From the NCBI GenBank assembly GCA_964187785.1, contig OZ076409.1:46440001-46504000 (forward strand): DNA of 64,000 nucleotides, written 5' to 3'. The position numbers and the translations under genes are program-made. Numbering within the stretch: position 1 is the first letter of the stretch; the number at the start of each line of letters is the position of its first letter. Source of the DNA: Amphiscolops sp. MND2022. Lineage: Eukaryota. The notes beneath the pieces are model-generated. The model was not told the DNA's origin, searched no databases, and was given only the letters and a program-made list of their open reading frames with translations. Shown here piece after piece: positions 10,607 to 23,730 of the stretch.

Positions 10607-13600
10607 TATTCAGCAGAATTACAGAGAAGTCTGTTTCAGAAGTATGAATCTGAAACTCATTATACGTGTAATCTCTGATTTATATTTCCGCATCTAAGTG
10701 ATAAAAATTTTCAGCACCTGGTGAATTAATATATTTCTCGGTATTCAAGAAACAACAACATGAGAACGTTCGAAGTCAGCGCCCCGCTTAAGGCTCAAAC
10801 AGCGCAATGTTTTTAAAAGATGTTCAGGGTGTTTTTGAGGAAAATCTCACAAATATGAGTGCCGAAAATGCGCAAAGGGTGTCTTTTGTGCTGGGGAAAC
10901 GCTTCTCTCTAAAAACCTAAGAAAGCAAAATCAGCAAGTTTTTTTTCTGGGAAAAAATTTCCGTCTAGAAAAGTCGCAGAGTGCCAAACAACCTGAAGGG
11001 CATCCTTCAAGCTCTTAACGCATTGCCGTAATTGAAGAAAATTCAAAGGCGGAATGATTTGGTGAAAAATGCAAAAATGACGCAGCGCTAAAAACGGTGT
11101 CCGGACATTACGCCCAAGGACATTACGCCCAAGGACATTACGCCCAAAGCGGACATTACGCCCAAATGTAAATTACCCACAAGGAAATTACGATAATGTA
11201 ATCAGCTATGCTCACATACCCCTAGTGCCCTAAATGCAGGAGCGAAGCGAAGCGGAGCGACGTGCCAATATGGCCATGCCTCAATGTTGCTACTTGGCGA
11301 AGGGAGCGAAGCGACCGAGCCATACAACAAACATGCTAACCTCTTCAAATAATAACCTGAAAAAAATCGCTGCTATTCTCTTTGAATAGCCTAATTTCCT
11401 TGGGCGTAATTTCCGTTTGGGCGTAATTTCCTTGGGCGTAATGTCTTTGGGCGTAATGTCCTAGAACCGCTAAAAACATATTCGAGAAGACGATAAAACT
11501 ATGAAATACTCAAAGGGAGTCCTCTTCTTCCTTTAATTCTGGATAAAGTTATGGACATAATTTAGTTATGAGCAAATAGATTTCTGGACAATGTGACAGA
11601 AATCAGGACAAGCTTGTGGCCAAACCATAGACGACAAATTTAGAACCTTTTCTGTAAAAAGTATCCACTACGCATACATTCTGTTGTCTGACGAATAAAA
11701 CTAGTCACTTAAAAGGAAAAGGCGCCGACTAAAAATATTCAGCAGAATTACAGAGAAGTCTGTTTCAGAAGTATGAATCTGAAACTCATTATACGTGTAA
11801 TCTCTGATTTATATTTCCGCATCTAAGTGATAAAAATTTTCAGCACCTGGTGAATTAATATATTTCTCGGTATTCAAGAAACAACAACATGAGAACGTTC
11901 GAAGTCAGCGCCCCGCTTAAGGCTCAAACAGCGCAATGTTTTTAAAAGATGTTCAGGGTGTTTTTGAGGAAAATCTCACAAATATGAGTGCCGAAAATGC
12001 GCAAAGGGTGTCTTTTGTGCTGGGGAAACGCTTCTCTCTAAAAACCTAAGAAAGCAAAATCAGCAAGTTTTTTTTCTGGGAAAAAATTTCCGTCTAGAAA
12101 AGTCGCAGAGTGCCAAACAACCTGAAGGGCATCCTTCAAGCTCTTAACGCATTGCCGTAATTGAAGAAAATTCAAAGGCGGAATGATTTGGTGAAAAATG
12201 CAAAAATGACGCAGCGCTAAAAACGGTGTCCGGACATTACGCCCAAGGACATTACGCCCAAAGCGGACATTACGCCCAAATGTAAATTACCCACAAGGAA
12301 ATTACGATAATGTAATCAGCTATGCTCACATACCCCTAGTGCCCTAAATGCAGGAGCGAAGCGAAGCGGAGCGACGTGCCAATATGGCCATGCCTCAATG
12401 TTGCTACTTGGCGAAGGGAGCGAAGCGACCGAGCCATACAACAAACATGCTAACCTCTTCAAATAATAACCTGAAAAAAATCGCTGCTATTCTCTTTGAA
12501 TAGCCTAATTTCCTTGGGCGTAATTTCCGTTTGGGCGTAATTTCCTTGGGCGTAATGTCTTTGGGCGTAATGTCCTAGAACCGCTAAAAACATATTCGAG
12601 AAGACGATAAAACTATGAAATACTCAAAGGGAGTCCTCTTCTTCCTTTAATTCTGGATAAAGTTATGGACATAATTTAGTTATGAGCAAATAGATTTCTG
12701 GACAATGTGACAGAAATCAGGACAAGCTTGTGGCCAAACCATAGACGACAAATTTAGAACCTTTTCTGTAAAAAGTATCCACTACGCATACATTCTGTTG
12801 TCTGACGAATAAAACTAGTCACTTAAAAGGAAAAGGCGCCGACTAAAAATATTCAGCAGAATTACAGAGAAGTCTGTTTCAGAAGTATGAATCTGAAACT
12901 CATTATACGTGTAATCTCTGATTTATATTTCCGCATCTAAGTGATAAAAATTTTCAGCACCTGGTGAATTAATATATTTCTCGGTATTCAAGAAACAACA
13001 ACATGAGAACGTTCGAAGTCAGCGCCCCGCTTAAGGCTCAAACAGCGCAATGTTTTTAAAAGATGTTCAGGGTGTTTTTGAGGAAAATCTCACAAATATG
13101 AGTGCCGAAAATGCGCAAAGGGTGTCTTTTGTGCTGGGGAAACGCTTCTCTCTAAAAACCTAAGAAAGCAAAATCAGCAAGTTTTTTTTCTGGGAAACAA
13201 TTTCCGTCTAGAAAAGTCGCAGAGTGCCAAACAACCTGAAGGGCATCCTTCAAGCTCTTAACGCATTGCCGTAATTGAAGAAAATTCAAAGGCGGAATGA
13301 TTTGGTGAAAAATGCAAAAATGACGCAGCGCTAAAAACGGTGTCCGGACATTACGCCCAAGGACATTACGCCCAAGGACATTACGCCCAAAGCGGACATT
13401 ACGCCCAAATGTAAATTACCCACAAGGAAATTACGATAATGTAATCAGCTATGCTCACATACCCCTAGTGCCCTAAATGCAGGAGCGAAGCGAAGCGGAG
13501 CGACGTGCCAATATGGCCATGCCTCAATGTTGCTACTTGGCGAAGGGAGCGAAGCGACCGAGCCATACAACAAACATGCTAACCTCTTCAAATAATAACC

Positions 13601-13891
13601 TGAAAAAAATCGCTGCTATTCTCTTTGAATAGCCTAATTTCCTTGGGCGTAATTTCCGTTTGGGCGTAATTTCCTTGGGCGTAATGTCTTTGGGCGTAAT
13701 GTCCTAGAACCGCTAAAAACATATTCGAGAAGACGATAAAACTATGAAATACTCAAAGGGAGTCCTCTTCTTCCTTTAATTCTGGATAAAGTTATGGACA
13801 TAATTTAGTTATGAGCAAATAGATTTCTGGACAATGTGACAGAAATCAGGACAAGCTTGTGGCCAAACCATAGACGACAAATTTAGAACCT
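10520..13891. repeat. Near-perfect tandem triplication (units 1129/1114/~1127 bp)
   Basis: TCTGTAAAAAGTATCC at 10522, 11651, 12765. Unit 2 lacks one 15-bp GGACATTACGCCCAA repeat; otherwise the units are almost identical. Confidence 0.95.
11096..11468. mobile_element. Mutator-like foldback MITE (arms of ATTACGCCCAA repeats, core X); triplicated copies at 12225-12582 and 13339-13711
   Basis: GGTGTCCGGACATTACGCCC...GGGCGTAATGTCCTAGAACC; 9-bp TSD GCTAAAAAC at 11087-11095 and 11469-11477. Confidence 0.8.
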
Positions 13892-14704
13892 CCGAGATTG
13901 GTTTCGAAGCATTACGGAAGCGTCCCGTTCATCAAATGAAAACTATTTCATTCTCATCAACATTCAGCTATGAATAATACCTGAATCAGTTGAATCAAAT
14001 CGATTAAAAAAGTACTTCATCTATTCGATTAAGGCCGCAAACCAATTTGCCACCAGTCATGGAGGGAGATGGAATTGTCGAAAACGAAACATCAACTCTT
14101 AAGATTTTGAACGAGATGTTTCAAGAAAAGCGGGCACTTCATGGAAAATAACTGGAAGTTTTTTGGCGGGGCAAAACAACCAAGCATTTTGTCCATTAGG
14201 AAATTAGAAGCAGTTTTAACAAAAGCCTCGGCAAAGCAACGATTTACTTTGAGATCTTCCGATTCTTGTTCTAGTTGAAAGTTGGGAAACTGATTTCAGA
14301 AATAGCTTCAGGAAGCGAGTTTTTTTCCTAACAGCATTTTGGCATTCGCAGCAATGTGTTCATCGTTGGAATGCAACATGTAACTACAGCATAAGCATGA
14401 AACGAAAATCTGCTGCACATTTCGCAGCAAACACTGACTCAAATAATTTAATCTGTGACACTAGTTTTAGAGATACAATATAAAAGGTGAACATACGTCG
14501 AAGCACACACGTTGCCTGTCTTGTTTATAGACTGTGTTTGCATTTGTTTCACTGACCAGCCAGCAATTGCGTGAAATCGTTTTAGTCGCAGTCTGAAGTT
14601 CATTCAGACTCTAAACTGCAGCTCCAATTTGCCGCTGTTTGAGTATATTAGAAATGAGAACTTGTTTCTCGAAATGAGAATTATTGAATAATATGATCGA
14701 GCAC

Positions 14705-14860
14705 TGTCACTGACGTGATTCATCAGCAACTGAAATACTTTAAAACTGTCAATGTTTTCATGATTGTTCATGCTTCGAGCTGGATAGTAGTACATTGAAC
14801 TGAATTGTAGTACGTTGACATAGAACTTTCAATTGAAGTAAAAGAAGTCAATCTTTTACA
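14705..14860 (+). repeat. BEL/Pao 5' LTR (156 bp)
   Basis: TGTCACTGACG...CTTTTACA, identical to 22002-22157. Confidence 0.97.
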
Positions 14861-15832
14861 TTTTGGCGCTCCTACAAATCCTTCTCCAACCTTCAACGCC
14901 GAGTTTTTTTTCTGCTGCTTTCTGCACCCTTCTCTACTGTTAGTGTGTTCCAATTTCGTGAGCAAAAAGAAATCAACCCTCATTTCCCTTCTCTGTTTTG
15001 GAAGAAAGACTACAGACAGCCTTTTTTTCGTCTTTTTTCCACAAAAAGATCTCTTCAACAGTAAAGTCAAAACCCTCTTCAGCAGTTTTTTCGATGGCAA
15101 AGCCAGCTACTAGCTTCCAAAGTTTCGACTACCCAGAAACAACTTCTTCAACCTTTCGCCTTTTTTCACCTTTACCCTTGCTGCACTGAAGAGAGTGCTA
15201 GGAGAAAAAAGAACAAACAAAAAAGTTCATTTTTAGGAACATTTTTTGTCTTAGTTTTGGTTCTGCCTTTTCAAGTAGCGATCTCTAATACAAGAGCGGT
15301 GTGAATAAATTTAAAAGACAAAAAGTAACGAAAGCACTTTACAAGGCCACTTTTGCCTAGGGGCTCAAAAGAACCCCCCTTTTCATCGCCGACCGAAAGT
15401 TTTTTTTCATCGCTGAGTTCAGGAATAGCTTCGTCCAGTTTTCGTCCTGTTGGATCCAGCTGCGTCCTGAACAGGTAAGTAAAACAGAATCGCCGTTCCG
15501 TTCCGTCTTTTAAGTCTTTTCAGCCATTTTTGTCGGTTCCCTTGCGGTTCGCTCGGTCCGTCTTCGCTCCTCAAAACAGCGATTTCACTAGCTTCAACCA
15601 GCGCATCGGTCTACCATTCATCTCTCTCATTGTATTCTTTTCCGTCGTGGTTGCGAATCGAACGGTTTTCTTGTTCCGTAAGTTGTCTCTTACCATTCTT
15701 TGTGTCAACGCAGCAGAGCTCCAGTCAAAAGATTGTCCTCCATCGAAAGATTCAGCCAGCTTTTCTACAAACAACAACCAACCACAGTGCATCAAAGCTG
15801 ACAACTTCTTCGCGCCACTTTCAGCAACCAGA

Positions 15833-18783
15833 ATGGGAAATAAAAAGGAACAAACTTTGCTCAATCGCTTCCGACTGGAAGAGCGATTGTTTGAGAACAC
15901 ACTAAAATCTTTGCAGCAGAATGTTCTTGACAACCAACCAGTTTCTGTTCTGAGGACAATTCTCAGAAATCTTTCTCATCGACATCAGCAATTGACAGAT
16001 ATCACCCAGCAGCTTACAGGTTTCCTCGCCAACGACGCTTTGGAAACTCTTTTCGACAGTATATCTCGAATCTCAAGTGAGTTCGAGAACGCCGAACTGC
16101 AAGTTTCTCTCAAAGAAACAGACCATCATCTACCAACCCGAAGCAGCAGTACCGCCAGCCGCCAGTTTCAACAAAACTTCTGTAACGAATATACTGACTT
16201 CCCACCGATATCACCTCCACTGAGTCAGTCACAACAGCAACCGCCGTTACCCATGGACCAAACAGCAGGTTCTGTCTTTCCCACAGCCGCATGCCAGCTC
16301 CAATTAGTGGAAGCTTCCACTACTCCAGCAGTCACTTTGTTCGAGTGAGCCGACACCCATTGTCACTTGCGGTAACCCATTTGGCACCTTGGCTACAAGG
16401 GTACCACCTGTTCTTCCTCAAACTCGCCGCCAAAACTCAGCAGTGCATCCTTTCCAAACTGATGACCGCTCCAAAGCTCACCCTCTTGCAGAAAATACGT
16501 ATCTCGTTCCACCGAACCCCGCATCGGTTATCCAATTGCCGTTCGACTGTCTGGCCCCTGACCGTACGCCACTCGAAACTCAGTCCAACTTGATTAACGC
16601 GAATACTTCGCCAGTTCCTCACACCTCACGTCTTGCTCCGACTGAACCGTCCGTGCCAGTTCTCGTCTCTCGCTTACCCAATTCGTATCAGTTTAACCAG
16701 CCCCTGCAAACCGGCAGCAATTTTCTGCCGGTCCTGCCATCACAGTTTAACCAGTTTCGATTTGTCTCCCAGCAGCAACTGCCGCACGCTACCGTCTCGT
16801 CCACTGCTTCAAATATCGCATTTGTGCAAAGCAATTTTGAGGCAGCCCTTCCGCCTACAACTAACGATCCGGTATTTACCGAAAGCCTGTCGCGCCCGAT
16901 TCCGAACCCAGAGCCGTTCCCTCCTTCCTCCATTACTGCTGAATCATCTTTTGCCGCAACATCCCATCCCGCTCCGACCAATGCTATATCAACAACATTC
17001 GATGGTTTCTCGCGTCCGATCGCTTCCACATACCATCCAACTCTCCAGCCGTCAACATACATTCCGACACATACACAACCACAAGCAATTAAACTCCCGC
17101 CTCTGCAATTACCCATGTTTGACGGTGACCCACTTCAATACCATGATTGGATCAACACCTTTAAAGCAACAGTCGATAGCAACAGGTCTATCACAGACAC
17201 TCACCGAATAACCTACCTCCAAAATTCAGTCGCCGGTCCAGCCAAAGACCTAATCAAAGGTTATTCATATAACCCCACCTCCTACGCAGCAGCACTTGCT
17301 GATATCGAGAAACGGTTTGGTGACGCCGACTATATCGTCGCGTCTTACATCGCAAAGCTGGAAAACTACCCACAATTTCCTCTGCATGATGCCAAATCCA
17401 TCACTACCTACAACACGTTCATCAAAGAATTCACTCGAATCTTCTCCGATCTTGGTTTTTCTTCCGACTTAACGTCTTCCACTGTCCTTCGCTTAGCCAA
17501 AGACAAACTCCCTAAACAACTTCTCGTCAAGTGGACTGAATACACCATCCAGAAGGCAATCGCCAAGCCCAGTCTACTTCATTTCCAAATTTGGCTGGAA
17601 CTCCAAACTGCAGTGTATGACAAACTCAACCTGCCGTCCTCCTCAAAAACTCACGCTTCGTCTTTTAAACCCAAATCTGATTCTGGTGATTCCTCGTCCC
17701 GAGATACTAATCGGAATTCAACAACAAAGAAAACATCCACCGTCTTGTCCATTCTGTAATCTTGAACACTATGCATCCAGTTGCCCAAAGTATCGCGATG
17801 CCACTCCGAAGCAACGTTTCAATTTCGTCAGAAATCATAACCTTTGCCTTAACTGTCTTGGTAAAGATCACATGAAATCTTCGTGTCCGTCCAAAAATCG
17901 ATGTTCCAAACACGATTGCAGTGAACTTCATCACACGACACTTCATGAAGCCTTCAACCAACCGCATACCCGATCTCAGCCTGACCAAGAATCAAACCGA
18001 AACACCTCCAATGCTACTCGTGGAACAGAACCCAACCGACAACGACCAATCCGATCGCCACCAACTGATCCCCCAACTCGCCCGTCACAGTTCAACGCCA
18101 CTGCCTTGAATCGGAAAACGGAAAAATTCCCGAAAGACCTGTTTTCAGTCCTTCAAATTGTCCCCGTTTCAGTTATCAATGATGGCAAAGTCTTCGATAC
18201 CTACGCCCTCATTGATCCAGGAAGTACTGGTACATATATCCTAGATCACATCACGAAAATCCTCAATTTGAAAACCAGTGAAACCTTTGACTTGGATGTA
18301 CAGTTTTTGAGTATCTTCCGCTCAATATCCGTCTCTTCGACACACTTTCTTCTCGCCCCCTACGCTGACTATGAGAAAACTTTCCCTGTTCGCAACGTCT
18401 TCTCCACTCCCAGCATCAACCTGCCCCCCGCCAACACAAAGGAATTGAACGAAATATGCCAACAATTTCCTCAACTTCGACATATAAAATTCCCCGATAT
18501 CGACAATGGTAAAATCGGAATACTCCTTGGTACAGCTTGCGTGCAGTTCACCCACGCACTGGAATGGATTAGCAGTGCTCCCAATTGTCCCGCCGGAGTT
18601 CGAACAGAACTTGGGTGGACCATTGCCGGTGAATTCACGCACCCAAAAAAGAAAAAACTCACCTCCAGGTGTCACCAAGTTTTCTTTGCCTCACACTCGC
18701 CTTCTCCCGAAATTCAACCTTCAACTGATGTGCTAGAAAACTACTGGACCATCGAAAAAACTCGACAAAAAGGTATCGCTTGA
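15833..18783 (+). pseudogene. gag: BEL/Pao gag-protease region, frameshifted near 16340, 17720 and 18760
   Basis: DUF1759-like IKLPPLQLPMFDGDPLQYHDW; three Cys/His knuckles (CPFCNLEH..C, CLNCLGKDH....C, CSKHDC...HHTTLH); protease YALIDPGS. Start ATG at 15833 is inferred. Confidence 0.9.
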
Positions 18784-18805
18784 AGACAAAGAAGCCCTCC
18801 GCATC

Positions 18806-21800
18806 TTGAATGAAACTTGTCACAATGGAGAACGCTATGAAATTGGCCTCCCTTGGAAATCTTCCGCAACGCTTCCAAATAACTACTTTGCCGCCGTCAG
18901 TCAAGCCCGTAGTCTTGAAAAACGTTTAAAAGACAAACCGATAACCTTACAGAAATACAAAGAAACCCTCACCAAAGATCTCGCCTTGAATTACGTCGAA
19001 CCTGTCACCAAACAACATCCCCCTCCTGATAAAATTTGGTACCTGCCAACACACCCTGTTGAAAATCCAAACAAGCCAGGAAAAATCCGTCGCGTCGCGA
19101 ATGCAGCCTCAAAGTTCAAAGGCTGTTCTCTCAACACTTGTCTTCTGACCGGACCTGATCTTTTGGCCGACTTGCTTGAACTGATTCTCCGTTTTCGCGA
19201 ACACGCCATCGGTGTCTTTGCTGATATCGAAAGCATGTTCATGCAAATAGCAATCCGTAAAGAAGACCAGTCAGCCTTACGCTTTGTATGGTTGGAAGAC
19301 AATTTAATTCGCCAGTACCAATACATCCGATTAATTTTTGGTGCTAATTGTTCGCCGTGTTGCGCAATCTTTGTACTCCGAAAATGCGCCGCCGACCATT
19401 CGACTCAGTTCCCGGAAGTTGATCAAGCCGTCCGAAAAAACTTTTACATGGATGACTTCATTAAGTCTTTTCCAAATGCGTCCGATGCTCGTCGTCTTAC
19501 CGAAGACTTACGCAACGTCCTAATGCGAGGCGGGTTCCGTCTCACGAAATTCCTATCTAACAACGCCGCCGCCATTAATCATCTTCCAGAATCCGAGAAA
19601 GAAACGCCCGTTCAAACGACCAGAGTTCTTGGTCAGACTTGGTGTCTGACTGATGACACATACACCGCCCCTCCGCCAAAGCCCGTACCCACGCCGACAA
19701 CTCTACGCCAGCTGTTCAGTCTTGTCTCGTCCGTGTTCGATCCCATCGGTTTACTAGCGCCCTTCGTCGTTCAATTTAAAATTCTTCTCCAGTCCCTTTG
19801 GAAACGTGGACAGAAATGGGATCAAATGATTCCGAATGACCTTCACACGATCGTAGTTAAACTCGTCAACGAATATCGGAACCTGCCTCATATTTCCGTC
19901 CCGCGTCAACTTTGCCAGCCCTGTACTCCCGTCCAGTTACACGTTTTCACAGATGCCTCGATTTCAGCATTCGCCGCCGTCATTTACGCCCGTCCGTCGC
20001 ATACCGCTTCGAAATCCGCTACAATTACTTTCGTACTCGGAAAAAGTCGCGTCGCCCCTCTCAAACAATTAAGCGTCCCGAAACTTGAACTTGAAGCCGC
20101 TCTACTGGGAGTTCGTCTACTCCAAGTCGTTCGCAGAGCTTTCGATCGAAACTTTCCTTGTGTTACTTTCTGGACAGATAGTTGTGTTGTGATCGACTGG
20201 ATCCAAAACCAGAAAAAACTCAAAAGTTTCGTTGCTCACCGAGTCAACGAAATTTCCCGCTCTTCTGCCCCTTCGGATTGGAGGTATGTTCCATCCAATC
20301 TAAATCCAGCCGATCACGGCACAAGAGGTCTGAAATCAACAGACATCACCGTGAAATGGACAAAAGGTCCAAAATTTTTGACAGAAAACGCTCAAAACTG
20401 GCCAACGAGGCCAAACAGCTCGTCCTCCGACAACGTTTGCGAATTCGCGAGTGCTAAGTATCCGCCCGTCCTGCTTGACGTTCGCCGATTTTCGTCATGG
20501 CTCCGCTTGTTTAAAACGGCCGCACAAGTCATACGTTTCGTTCGCCGCCTACGCTCTCGAAACTCTGATACAGGTCTAATTACCGCCGATTTCCAACTTG
20601 CCCGTCTTCTGCTCATCCGGCAGTCACAAGCTGAGTCGTTTTCATCAACCGTTGCCCACCTGAATTGCAACCTTCGTCCATCTCCGCAAGATATACTTTT
20701 GCCGTACAATACAGTCCTCGATGATCAAGGAATCCTTCGTTCTGCCGGCCGCTTGAAATACGCACCACTCCCGGAATCAACACGACTTCCCATCATTCTA
20801 GACGCTAAGAATCCCCTCGTGAAACTTCTTGAGCATTCCCATGCCGTTTGCCACCACGCCGGTCCGGAATACGTGAAAGCTTTCCTGCAACAACGTTATC
20901 TGATTATTGGAGTTCGTTGCGCGCTTCGAAGCGTAAGTCACAGATGTTTCGCTTGCCGCCGTTTTCGCGCCGAAAACATTCAACCTTTCATGGCTCCGCT
21001 ACCTCCTTTCCGCTATCCGTCACCAGATGCGCCTTTCCCTTTTGCTCAAACAGGTATCGACTTGTTTGGACCCTTTTTTATCGTCAATGGAAAAAAGCTC
21101 GAAAAGCACTACGCCATCATCTTCAACTGCCTGGTTACTCGCGCTTGTCATCTTGAGTCATGTCCTTTCATGACTAGTGACAGCTTCCTCAACGCTTTCC
21201 GACGATTCGTTGCCAGGCGCGGACAACCGCAACTTCTAAGATCTGACAATGGTAGCAATTTCGTTGGTGCTCGACGTGAATTGCAACAATCCCTCAACGA
21301 CAGCATAAAAAACGTCCGTGAGAATCTTCCTGAGTCCATTGAAATGCGATGGGACTTGAACCCACCTTTTGCCCCACACTTCGGTGGTGTTTGGGAAAGA
21401 ATGATACAAACAGCTAAAAGAACCCTCCTGATCATTCTTGGCTCGAAGAAACTGACACTCAATTTTTTCCAGACAATTTTAACTGAAACAGAACTGATGC
21501 TGAACTCCCGACCACTTACTCATGTAGCAGACCAACCCGATAACGAAGAACCCCTCACACCCAATCATTTTTTACTTCACAGACCGTACGCAAACCTGCC
21601 ACCAGGAATTTTCAACGATACGGAGGAACCCCTGTCCTTCAAGTCATGGAAAGACGTTCAGAAAGTAATGAACCATTTTTGGGACAGATTCCTCAAGGAG
21701 TATCTGCCCACTCTTCATCATCGCTCTAAATGGAATCAAGACCAACATCCTCTCCAAGTCGGGGATATTGTGTGGGTCCTCAAAGATTTGACCCCCCGTG

Positions 21801-21934
21801 GAATCTGGCCTCTGAGAAGAATCGTCTCTCTGCACCCTGGTCCTGATGGAATAACCCGTGTCTGTTCAGTAAGAACAGCTTACGGAACATTCGAACGACC
21901 CGCCGTTTCTCTTTCTCGCGTTTTCGCCCCGTGA
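18806..21934 (+). CDS. pol: BEL/Pao pol: RT, RNase H, integrase, DUF5641-like C-terminus
   Basis: ADIESMFMQI; FYMDD; LHVFTDAS; LGKSRVAPLK..SVPKLELEAA; HH..CFAC zinc finger; GIDLFGP; SDNGSNF; GGVWERMI. Open for 1042 aa. Confidence 0.95.
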   Translation: MNETCHNGERYEIGLPWKSSATLPNNYFAAVSQARSLEKRLKDKPITLQKYKETLTKDLALNYVEPVTKQHPPPDKIWYLPTHPVENPNKPGKIRRVANAASKFKGCSLNTCLLTGPDLLADLLELILRFREHAIGVFADIESMFMQIAIRKEDQSALRFVWLEDNLIRQYQYIRLIFGANCSPCCAIFVLRKCAADHSTQFPEVDQAVRKNFYMDDFIKSFPNASDARRLTEDLRNVLMRGGFRLTKFLSNNAAAINHLPESEKETPVQTTRVLGQTWCLTDDTYTAPPPKPVPTPTTLRQLFSLVSSVFDPIGLLAPFVVQFKILLQSLWKRGQKWDQMIPNDLHTIVVKLVNEYRNLPHISVPRQLCQPCTPVQLHVFTDASISAFAAVIYARPSHTASKSATITFVLGKSRVAPLKQLSVPKLELEAALLGVRLLQVVRRAFDRNFPCVTFWTDSCVVIDWIQNQKKLKSFVAHRVNEISRSSAPSDWRYVPSNLNPADHGTRGLKSTDITVKWTKGPKFLTENAQNWPTRPNSSSSDNVCEFASAKYPPVLLDVRRFSSWLRLFKTAAQVIRFVRRLRSRNSDTGLITADFQLARLLLIRQSQAESFSSTVAHLNCNLRPSPQDILLPYNTVLDDQGILRSAGRLKYAPLPESTRLPIILDAKNPLVKLLEHSHAVCHHAGPEYVKAFLQQRYLIIGVRCALRSVSHRCFACRRFRAENIQPFMAPLPPFRYPSPDAPFPFAQTGIDLFGPFFIVNGKKLEKHYAIIFNCLVTRACHLESCPFMTSDSFLNAFRRFVARRGQPQLLRSDNGSNFVGARRELQQSLNDSIKNVRENLPESIEMRWDLNPPFAPHFGGVWERMIQTAKRTLLIILGSKKLTLNFFQTILTETELMLNSRPLTHVADQPDNEEPLTPNHFLLHRPYANLPPGIFNDTEEPLSFKSWKDVQKVMNHFWDRFLKEYLPTLHHRSKWNQDQHPLQVGDIVWVLKDLTPRGIWPLRRIVSLHPGPDGITRVCSVRTAYGTFERPAVSLSRVFAP

Positions 21935-22001
21935 CGGCTCGCTCCGCAATTTCAAATTTGCCTCTCCTCCTCTCTTCTTTGCAGCTCGGGGGGGTGAAGC
22001 A

Positions 22002-22157
22002 TGTCACTGACGTGATTCATCAGCAACTGAAATACTTTAAAACTGTCAATGTTTTCATGATTGTTCATGCTTCGAGCTGGATAGTAGTACATTGAACTGA
22101 ATTGTAGTACGTTGACATAGAACTTTCAATTGAAGTAAAAGAAGTCAATCTTTTACA
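22002..22157 (+). repeat. BEL/Pao 3' LTR (156 bp)
   Basis: Identical to 14705-14860. Confidence 0.97.
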
Positions 22158-23446
22158 AGCACTAGCTTGTTTTCCAGAAACATCAAGTTTTTTTAACTGT
22201 AAACATCTTTCAACAACCAATTTGACACATCATCAGTTTCCAAGATAGCTAACACACTGTCGTTAAATTAACCCTTACCACATTCGCAGAACAAGATCGG
22301 GGCATGTATCCAAAAAGGAACAAACATAACACAGTACATTGTCAGGTGCCAATAAGGTCTTCCATCGTGTAAACGGTATTGTTGGTACGATAGTAAACGG
22401 GAACAGCGTATTGTTCTAGTAATTCTAAATCCAGCTAATCAAAATCAACTACTTCTGTGATTGATGTCATTTTTGGTAACTTTTGAAGATTGTTTCATTA
22501 GGGACATTTTCTTTATTCAATGGCGGCTTTTGTGTTCTGATACCACACAAGATTCACCTGTAATCACGTACTTTACTTTTACTGTGAAAACTTTTACGGA
22601 GCCTATGGAGTTCAGTCTAACAATCGACTTCTCATTAAGCCACCTTAAATGCATTCATAAACGTATCATCTTTCGTGCAAAACTACCATCTTTTCAGTTA
22701 GACTAGAGTAAGATTAAGGTATCTCACATCCAAGAGTCTGAAAAGAGTCATGTTAGTAATCAGATAAAGCTTGATTAACCTTTTCAGAACTGGAGGACTG
22801 ATGCGAGATTGCAGATGTTTGCTGTCCACTGGGTGGTAGATTTTTATTCTTTTCCTCCAACAAGCGCTTCATTCTGCCTTAAATATGAAAAGACATCAAA
22901 GTACAACACCCCGATAAAATTCCATTTAAGTTTCTCCAAAATTTTTCCACAGAAACTTAATCGTTAACTGACTAGTAGCATTATACACGCTAAAGCAAAA
23001 TCTGCTGAGTAAAGAAACATGCTACTTATCTGAAACGAAGAGCATGAAAAATCATTTCGATACTGCGCTTTCGAGAAAAAAGCAAGATCGACTGACTAAA
23101 ATTGATAGCGTGGCTCGTATATCCAAAAGCAAGTTGCCAATTTTGATAATGAAAATCGTTTCAGGCCTTATTCGTCAGCGGCTGACTTTCAGTCAGATAT
23201 CTAATTTCACAATTTTCCGTTCAAGTATTGGTATCGACACATTCAATCAGAGCCACATGTGCGGTGAAGAGTCAAATTAGGATTTTTCCATTTAACTCGC
23301 TGGAATCCCAGTAATACGATTTTGATGAATATGAAATCGATAATCTTATAGTTCTAACAGAGAAAATATTAAGTTCGAAATTGGTCAGAGTCGAAGCACA
23401 CACTCTTACTGGCAATACCAAAGACAACTCGCATACAAGAAGTACA

Positions 23447-23730
23447 ACCAGAGTCGCATATGCGGTAAAGGAGTCGGAAACAAAATAATGAAAAACAAAT
23501 TACGTGCTTTGTCATTTGGTTATTTTTGGACTAATTTTGGCTGTTTCTCAGATCCCAGTAGTAAGATTTTGATCTCACTGCGCACACAGGAGCACCTTTG
23601 GGCGTAGAATGACTGCGCTAAATTTTATTAAAATCGTATGGATAGTTTTCGAGGAATTTGAAATTTTCATTGAAAGGTCGGGAGAAAAAAGGTACGATTG
23701 CATAAGTAGTCGAAAATTTTGCCAACTCCT
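23447..23730 (-). mobile_element. HINE family B copy (single internal unit)
   Basis: Hairpin CGCATATGCG; subterminal inverted repeat AGGAGTCGG / CCAACTCCT followed by an A-run; homologous to 33239-34058. Confidence 0.7.

Larger units (their letters stand above)
14705..22157 (+). mobile_element. Full-length BEL/Pao LTR retrotransposon
   Basis: Identical TG..CA LTRs; TSD AGCAC (14700-14704, 22158-22162); PBS-like TGGCGCTCCTAC after the 5' LTR; G-rich PPT before the 3' LTR; domain order Gag-PR-RT-RH-IN. Confidence 0.97.

Noticed and set aside
13891..14700. Faint LINE-like peptide traces (also near 22200-23400, 25960-26150, 38340-38620)
   Set aside because: Too decayed to assign without a profile search.
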